From a virus (taxonomy: Duplodnaviria; Heunggongvirae; Uroviricota; Caudoviricetes), in the IMG/VR virus record IMGVR_UViG_3300026737_000001: a stretch of 44,386 nucleotides of DNA. The stretch is one strand, 5' to 3'. Under the pieces are notes generated by a model. That model saw only the letters and a program-made list of their open reading frames with translations, had not been told where the DNA came from and ran no database searches. Position numbers and translations under genes: made by a program. Below, one piece after another: positions 37,998 through 42,852 of this stretch (within the stretch, counting starts at the first letter, position 1; the number at the start of each line of letters is the position of its first letter).

Positions 37998-38052
37998 TAG
38001 GCACATATTTTGTTGGATTTACAGTCCTTGATTTGGTTGCTGATTGTGCCTA
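37998..38052 (-). ncRNA. CAGCAA hairpin H1 carrying a Tyr(GUA) anticodon stem-loop
   Basis: UAGGCACA-AU-CAGCAA...GGA-CUGUAAA-UCC...AAAAUA-UGUGCCUA, with a perfect 8-bp closing stem. Confidence 0.8.
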
Positions 38053-38077
38053 AATTTAATTCCTAAGACTCTACTAC

Positions 38078-38143
38078 AAGACAGTATCCGCATTTCGCGG
38101 GTTTTATGATACCTTCATAAGAATTGGTTGCTGCATCTGTCTT
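38078..38143 (-). ncRNA. CAGCAA hairpin H2
   Basis: AAGACAG-AUG-CAGCAA...UUAUGA/UCAUAA hairpin, CCGC-GAAA-U-GCGG hairpin...AUA-CUGUCUU. Confidence 0.75.
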
Positions 38144-38188
38144 TAATTTGAAAGGAGTGTTGGTTAACTTAATTTAATTGCCGGCTGA

Positions 38189-38319
38189 TGGTGGCAGTAG
38201 CAGGATTTGAACCTACGTCTTTTCTTTTACATAGAATTGTTAGTTGTAGTTTGCTGTAAGGGCCCGCCGGCCTATGCCCATTAACTTTGTTTGCTCTCTA
38301 CCAGTTGAGCTATACTGCC
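38189..38319 (-). ncRNA. tRNA-like RNA A (131 nt) with a CAGCAA insert and a local UUCU-AUGUAAA-AGAA loop
   Basis: Acceptor GGCAGUA/UACUGCC + ACCA; D arm GCUC/GAGC; T arm GUAGG-UUCAAAU-CCUGC. Confidence 0.85.
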
Positions 38320-38327
38320 ATATATAC

Positions 38328-38391
38328 AAGGCACCATTACTATTGGATTCAAATTGGAAGTTTGATTTAGTAAGTTTGCTGTTGGCGCCTT
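38328..38391 (-). ncRNA. CAGCAA hairpin H4 carrying a Gly(UCC) anticodon stem-loop
   Basis: AAGGCGCCA-A-CAGCAA...UUACUA..UCAAA-CUUCCAA-UUUGA..UAGUAA-UGGUGCCUU. Confidence 0.8.
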
Positions 38392-38399
38392 TAAGATTT

Positions 38400-39221
38400 T
38401 TATTTTCTAAGTTTTTCTTTTACTTTTTCTTCAGATTCATAAACTTTAATATTATCACTCCCGAGCCAGTTATCAACTCTGTTAAGATTGTCGATAAGCT
38501 CTTTTAGCTCTTTGTATTCTAGACTTGCACTGTGGTCGCTGCCCCACATATCCTTATCTAGAGTGATATGTCTTTCAATTATCTCAGCTCCTAAAACTTT
38601 AGCTGCTATTGTCGGTTGAATCCCTTTTTCGTGGCCGCTGTAACCTATAATATTTAAAGGATACTTTTCTTTAAGTCTTTCAATTATTCTTAAGTCAAGC
38701 TCATTCTCAGCTGATGGATAACTGCTGTTGCAGTGCATGATACTTAACTTATCTTCATATCCTTCAAAAACATTAACTGCTTTATCAATTTCTTCTTCTG
38801 TACTCATACCAGTGGATAAAACTACAGGGATTCCTGTCTTTCTTACAGCTTCTAAAAGCTTCATATCTGTGATTGAGGCACTAGCAATTTTTATGAACGG
38901 CACATTAAAATCAGTTAGAAATTCAAGAGAGTCAATATCCCATACACTTGCTGTCCATTTAACTCCCAGCTTGTGACAGTAAGCATTCAGTGCTACATAT
39001 TCGCTATAACCAAATTCCATTCTGTATTTATAATCAATATAGTCCATCTCACCCCACGGTGTTTTTTTCTTTTTATGCCACTGGTCTTTGGGCACACACT
39101 TTTTAGGGTTTCTTTTCTGAAATTTAACTACATCTGCTCCAGCTTTATATGCCATATCTATTAACTCATAGGCATACTCTAAATTTCCGTTATGATTAAT
39201 ACCAATCTCTGCTATAAACAA
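38400..39221 (-). CDS. neuB: NeuB-family nonulosonic-acid synthase (no C-terminal SAF/AFP domain)
   Basis: FIAEIGINHNG; ADVVKFQ; KIASA; LSTGMS; MHCNSSYP; GYSGHE; IERHITL; DHSASL. Confidence 0.9.
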   Translation of the reverse strand: MFIAEIGINHNGNLEYAYELIDMAYKAGADVVKFQKRNPKKCVPKDQWHKKKKTPWGEMDYIDYKYRMEFGYSEYVALNAYCHKLGVKWTASVWDIDSLEFLTDFNVPFIKIASASITDMKLLEAVRKTGIPVVLSTGMSTEEEIDKAVNVFEGYEDKLSIMHCNSSYPSAENELDLRIIERLKEKYPLNIIGYSGHEKGIQPTIAAKVLGAEIIERHITLDKDMWGSDHSASLEYKELKELIDNLNRVDNWLGSDNIKVYESEEKVKEKLRK

Positions 39222-39342
39222 ATTTTACACCTCTTTATACAAAATTAACCGGGTTTAAAAGCACCGGCAAGTTCGAAAGAATATATTATAATGAACAAAA
39301 TCATAAAGATAAACTGACACCAAGATATCGCCCTTTAATGAC

Positions 39343-39420
39343 AAGACGGCTCAGGGATAAAAAAGTGTCAGTCTTATTCGTCTTTTATTATATAATAGTT
39401 TGGTTGCTGTGTGCCGTCTT
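39343..39420 (-). ncRNA. CAGCAA hairpin H5, upstream of neuB
   Basis: AAGACGGC-ACA-CAGCAA...GCCGUCUU, perfect 8-bp stem. Confidence 0.75.
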
Positions 39421-39457
39421 TAAAAATTACAAAAAATTAATCTTTAATTCCTAAAGT

Positions 39458-39580
39458 TGGTGGAGAGTGGTGGATTCGAACCACCATGGTCATCGACCGC
39501 AGGCTTTTCACTTTTTTTGCTGTTAATGTTTAATCTAAACATATTTTGGCCGGTACCTTTGCCATTAGGAGAATCTCTCC
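39458..39580 (-). ncRNA. tRNA-like RNA B: Tyr-type body with a 37-nt CAGCAA insert in the anticodon loop
   Basis: GGAGAGA/ACUCUCC + ACCA; variable arm GGUC-GAU-GACC; T arm GGUGG-UUCGAAU-CCACC; the 3' loop side reads U-GAA-AA. Confidence 0.85.
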
Positions 39581-39588
39581 TTAAAAAA

Positions 39589-39706
39589 TGGTCGAAGGGG
39601 CAGGATTCGAACCTGCAACAAGCTCCTCCTCAAGGAAAATTGATTGCTGTTAACGCTTAAAACTAAGCATATATTTTAGCTGCTCTACCAGTTGAGCTAC
39701 CCTTCG
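39589..39706 (-). ncRNA. tRNA-like RNA C (C1-G72, A73) with a CAGCAA insert and a Leu(GAG)-like loop
   Basis: CGAAGGG/CCCUUCG + ACCA; canonical D and T arms; UUCC-UUGAGGA-GGAG. Confidence 0.85.
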
Positions 39707-39718
39707 AAAAATTGTAAT

Positions 39719-39837
39719 TGGTGAGGACGGGAGTTGAACCCGCGAATCCCGGCTTGACATAGAAGAATTGCTGTTGGTGACTAAACTAGTCACACTTTCT
39801 TTTTGCGCCGGAGCCTTTCCATCTTGGCTACCTCACC
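39719..39837 (-). ncRNA. tRNA-like RNA D with a 46-nt CAGCAA insert; Asp(GUC) triplet retained
   Basis: GGUGAGG/CCUCACC + A (CCA not encoded); CCGGC/GCCGG stem spans the insert; the 3' loop side reads U-GUC-AA. Confidence 0.85.
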
Positions 39838-39847
39838 GTAAATTAAC

Positions 39848-40056
39848 CCGTCGCAACAGCTAGCCCACAGAGCTCGGCAGTTGTTTCCATGTATTTCCTA
39901 AGCCTGGCAGTTTGTTTTTAATATTGTAGCCAGGCTGTTTACATGTTGCTGACAGATTAATTTTGAATTAAGCCCTCTGGCAATTTTGTAGAGGAATCTT
40001 AATTCTGTCGCATTTATTTGAAGATAGTTTAAATTGCCAAAAACTATCACTGCGGC
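39848..40056 (-). ncRNA. ~210-nt multi-hairpin structured RNA G of unknown family
   Basis: Several perfect 6-8 bp stems and complementary loops (see findings); lies between two tRNA-type genes. Confidence 0.7.
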
Positions 40057-40062
40057 TAAAGT

Positions 40063-40154
40063 TGGCAGAAGGAGAGGGATTTGAACCCTCGATACCCATT
40101 AAGGTATAACAGATTTCAAATCTGTCTTCATAAACCAGACTCGAACATCCTTCT
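40063..40154 (-). tRNA. tRNA-Ser(UGA)
   Basis: AGAAGGA/UCCUUCU + GCCA; ACAGA-UUUGAAA-UCUGU; long variable arm. Confidence 0.95.
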
Positions 40155-40163
40155 ATATAAAAA

Positions 40164-40278
40164 TGACCGGGAGAGCAGGATTCGAACCTGCGACACGCTC
40201 CTTTAATGGGATGTGATTGCTGTTAATACCTTATACAAGACATATTTTAGCTGCTCTAGCCTGCTGAGCTATCTCCCG
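40164..40278 (-). ncRNA. tRNA-like RNA E, paralog of C, with a CAGCAA insert; ends G-UCA
   Basis: CGGGAGA/UCUCCCG; D and T arms nearly identical to those of C; UCC-CAUUAAA-GGA loop. Confidence 0.85.
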
Positions 40279-40284
40279 AAAAAA

Positions 40285-40369
40285 TGGAGGAAGAGAGGGG
40301 ATTTGAACCCCTGAACCTGTCGGTAACAGTTTAGCAAACTGTCTCCTTAAACCACTCGGACACTCTTCC
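40285..40369 (-). tRNA. tRNA-Ser(GCU)
   Basis: GGAAGAG/CUCUUCC + UCCA; ACAGU-UUGCUAA-ACUGU; variable arm. The discriminator is U rather than the usual G. Confidence 0.92.
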
Positions 40370-40378
40370 TTTAAATTT

Positions 40379-40424
40379 TGGAGCCGGCAGGGCAGGTAAC
40401 TAACCTGTAGTTTCCCGAACCGGC
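40379..40424 (-). ncRNA. 46-nt minihelix-like RNA ending UCCA
   Basis: GCCGG..GGG / CCC..CCGGC + UCCA, with an internal CAGG-UUAGUUA-CCUG hairpin. Confidence 0.55.
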
Positions 40425-40434
40425 ATATATATAA

Positions 40435-40580
40435 TGTCATGGGTGAGGATTTACACCTCACATGAACATTCGCATGTTGCAAAGCTGCTTTTAAATGTAT
40501 AAGCATATGCCCCTCTGGTTATTATGTTTCCCACCGAATGCCTTACCATTATAGCGTCTACTTATTCCGCCACCAATGAC
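40435..40580 (-). ncRNA. Large tRNA-Leu-like RNA F (146 nt) with an expanded anticodon region
   Basis: GUCAUUGG/CCCAUGAC; Leu-type D arm UG-GCG-GAAUAAGUAGA-CGC; variable hairpin AACAU-GCGA-AUGUU; T arm GUGAGG-UGUAAAU-CCUCAC. Confidence 0.75.
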
Positions 40581-40599
40581 TTGTTTATCTGTTAAGTTT

Positions 40600-40628
40600 A
40601 TTATATCATACTTCACTACATTTTTCAA
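40600..40628 (-). promoter_or_regulatory. Strong sigmaA-type promoter driving the RNA cluster
   Basis: TTGAAA-N17-TATAAT with an extended -10 TG and an AT-rich upstream region, about 20 nt before RNA F. Confidence 0.85.
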
Positions 40629-40695
40629 ATAATATAAAATAAATATAATTTCTGGCCATAATAAATATGGACTTTTAACCCCTTTGAAATTTTCC

Positions 40696-40878
40696 TTAAC
40701 CCCTAAATACTAATTTTTCACTTAAATTTCTGAAGTTACACCATAATGTTTTGCCATCTTCTGTATTTACTTTTACTCTATTTTTGCTTCTTCCTACAAC
40801 TCTAACAACTTCTCCCTCTTCTAAAATTAAATGATGCTTTTTGTCCTCTGTTCTACAAATTACAACTGCCTTTTTCAT
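40696..40878 (-). CDS. Small SH3-like hypothetical protein
   Basis: LEEGEVVRVV...VKV..EDGKTLW; GGAGG RBS. Confidence 0.6.
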   Translation of the reverse strand: MKKAVVICRTEDKKHHLILEEGEVVRVVGRSKNRVKVNTEDGKTLWCNFRNLSEKLVFRG

Positions 40879-41006
40879 TTTTTTATCCTCCTTTTAGCTA
40901 AGCTTTTATCATTCCTCTCTTTTTATTTTTTGGATATTAGTTTAGCTTCTTGTGAACTTATGAATATATGGAGCTAGAAATATAGCTTCTTAACTTCATA
41001 CCTTCA

Positions 41007-41516
41007 TTACAATATGTCATTTATATTTTTATCAGCCTCATGGCTGTTAATAAACATAAAAATATCCTTGTTTTTTACTTCTGTCTCTTTTTTAAACCAA
41101 TCTGGAAATTCAAAGTTTTCCATCTCTTTTTCACTTTCAAACTCAATTTCAGCAAAAATAGGAAAGTTATCATATAAAGGAAACTCATCAACTTCTATTA
41201 TTTTTCCTTTATAGGGTATTAAATATCTAAGTTTATGAATAGCTCTTTTGCTGTTTACATCCCAAAGATTATCAAACAATGACGGCGAGATACTAATTTC
41301 TGTTTCTTTTCTGACATCTCCATTCCCTTCTTTGATAGTTATGTTTTGAGTTTTTTTAGTAAACTCTCCTTGCTTATTAAAATAAAGCTTTTGTCTGATT
41401 CTTATTTCAGAAATAGAGTCTATGTGTAAATACTTTTGCATAATATCATAACTTTCATATTCAGCAGGAAACTCATAATTTTTGCTGACAATAAATTTCT
41501 TTTCTATTTCTTTCAT
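41007..41516 (-). CDS. CYTH-domain protein (adenylate cyclase/triphosphatase family)
   Basis: MKEIEKKF (ExExK motif); EIRIR; RKETE; IEVDEF; AEIEF. Confidence 0.88.
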   Translation of the reverse strand: MKEIEKKFIVSKNYEFPAEYESYDIMQKYLHIDSISEIRIRQKLYFNKQGEFTKKTQNITIKEGNGDVRKETEISISPSLFDNLWDVNSKRAIHKLRYLIPYKGKIIEVDEFPLYDNFPIFAEIEFESEKEMENFEFPDWFKKETEVKNKDIFMFINSHEADKNINDIL

Positions 41517-41530
41517 TTTTTTACCCCCTA

Positions 41531-41564
41531 AAAAGAATTAAGGCAGAGCACAAGGCCCCGCCTT
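41531..41564 (-). terminator. Terminator after ssb
   Basis: AAGGCGGGGC-cttgt-GCTCTGCCTT followed by AATTCTTTT. Confidence 0.65.
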
Positions 41565-41569
41565 TTTGC

Positions 41570-42028
41570 CTAAAACGGTACGTCAAAGTCGTCATCATTA
41601 AATTGTGAGCTCTGGTTCTGGTTTTGATTCTGGTTTTGGCTCTGTGAGTTATTATTATTGTTGTAAGAGCCCTTATTTGAGTTCCTGTTTGACTTTCCGC
41701 CACCGTTATTATCTCCAAAATCAAGGAAGCGTACATTGTCAGCCTTTACTTCAGGGTTAATATACTTGCGTCCGTTATTTTCTGAGTTTCTAATCTGCAG
41801 TGAACCGTCAACTCCTACAAGTCTTCCTTTACCAAGGTGCTTAGCACAGCTTTCTGCAAGACCTCTCCAGGTTACGATATTGATGAAGTCCACATCTCTT
41901 TCTCCATCACGATTAGTGTAGTTTCTCTCTACCGCCAGTGTAAAATTACATACTGGAGTTCCATTAGATGTATAGCGAAGCTCCGGGTCTCTTGTCAATC
42001 TTCCAATTAATACTATTCTGTTTAACAT
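41570..42028 (-). CDS. ssb: Single-stranded DNA-binding protein (host-like copy)
   Basis: MLNRIVLIGRLTRDPELRYT...DFINIVTW...; N/Q linker; DDDFDVPF tail. Confidence 0.96.
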   Translation of the reverse strand: MLNRIVLIGRLTRDPELRYTSNGTPVCNFTLAVERNYTNRDGERDVDFINIVTWRGLAESCAKHLGKGRLVGVDGSLQIRNSENNGRKYINPEVKADNVRFLDFGDNNGGGKSNRNSNKGSYNNNNNSQSQNQNQNQNQSSQFNDDDFDVPF

Positions 42029-42109
42029 TTTAAACCACTCCTTTTAGTTTTTTAATTTCTTAATACTCTTAACGACGTCTTTACCAATTTCTATATAGAC
42101 CACCACCTA

Positions 42110-42322
42110 TTAAGAGATTTTTGTCTTACGCTGTAAAGATTTAATTTTAGCCTTTAAAGATTGAGCTTCAGCTCCATACTTCATTAAAGCTTCTTCAGAA
42201 CTATATCTGTCATAGCTATCTTTTCCTGAGCTCTCATATTCTTTGAAGGCTTCATCTATTTTTTTTCTAATTTCCTGAAGTTTTGCCGTGTAATAAAGTA
42301 CACTTTTAAAGTTAGTACTCAT
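42110..42322 (-). CDS. Small coiled-coil hypothetical protein
   Basis: Track ORF with a GGAG RBS. Confidence 0.6.
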   Translation of the reverse strand: MSTNFKSVLYYTAKLQEIRKKIDEAFKEYESSGKDSYDRYSSEEALMKYGAEAQSLKAKIKSLQRKTKIS

Positions 42323-42334
42323 CTTAACTCCTTT

Positions 42335-42451
42335 CTAAGCTCCAGCAGCTCCTATTGCAAGCAGTAAAGCAACTATTCCAACCAATATATTACCGCTAAA
42401 AAAGTTTGCTATTGCTGATAGAAATAAAATAGCAGCAAGAATGACAGTCAT
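42335..42451 (-). CDS. 38-aa hydrophobic membrane peptide, not in the track
   Basis: GGGAG RBS; MTVILAAILFLSAIANFFSGNILVGIVALLLAIGAAGA. Confidence 0.55.
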   Translation of the reverse strand: MTVILAAILFLSAIANFFSGNILVGIVALLLAIGAAGA

Positions 42452-42471
42452 TTTCTCAACTCCCTTCATTT

Positions 42472-42500
42472 AGTTTATCATACAAAACACAACTAAGCAA
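42472..42500 (-). promoter_or_regulatory. Possible sigmaA-type promoter
   Basis: TTGCTT-N17-TAAACT; intergenic. Confidence 0.45.
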
Positions 42501-42509
42501 GTTTTTAAA

Positions 42510-42848
42510 CTAAATTTCTCCCAAATTTTCTATAACACATGATATTATTTTCTCAGCATTTTTTATAGATATATTATCCACCATAAATTCGTCGTAAACT
42601 GTCGTCATATAATTATATTCTTTATTGTCTGGTGTTGGATATATATAAATTGATATAATTTTATCAAAAGAGGCTTTCTCTTTTTCTGAGTGCCTGCCTA
42701 TATAATAAAGACAGGCTTTTTTATTATTTAATTCATAATTTTCATAAAAATCAATAAGCTTATAAATTCTCTGGTAGTCAAACCACTCCTCAAGCTTTTT
42801 ATAATGTTCTCCATCCATATATTTATGAGCATAAAACAAACTTACCAC
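42510..42848 (-). CDS. Hypothetical protein
   Basis: Track ORF. Confidence 0.6.
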   Translation of the reverse strand: MVSLFYAHKYMDGEHYKKLEEWFDYQRIYKLIDFYENYELNNKKACLYYIGRHSEKEKASFDKIISIYIYPTPDNKEYNYMTTVYDEFMVDNISIKNAEKIISCVIENLGEI

Positions 42849-42852
42849 CTCT

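Noticed and set aside
39848-40056. RNA G as RNase P RNA, tmRNA, SRP RNA, GOLLD/ROOL or a self-cleaving ribozyme
   Set aside because: It lacks the hallmark conserved sequences I could check by eye (for example the RNase P P4 GAGGAAAGUCC, tmRNA tRNA-like ends, hammerhead CUGAUGA/GAAA) and is much shorter than GOLLD or ROOL. An Rfam scan is still needed.
38189-40278. tRNA inserts as group I introns or canonical archaeal/eukaryal tRNA introns
   Set aside because: At about 37-53 nt they are far too short for a group I core. They are not at position 37/38 and I see no consistent bulge-helix-bulge. A novel excision route remains open and is listed as a finding.
37998-40280. CAGCAA repeats as a CRISPR array
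   Set aside because: The shared core is only 6-7 nt, spacing is irregular, copies sit inside hairpins and tRNA bodies, and no cas genes are in the window.
39457-40506. Track ORFs 39457..39660 (+) and 40231..40506 (-)
   Set aside because: They overlap tRNA and tRNA-like genes, lack an RBS, and read like translated structured RNA.
41605-41665. CAGAAC/CAAAAC and AAC repeats in ssb
   Set aside because: They encode the ordinary low-complexity N/Q linker of SSB.
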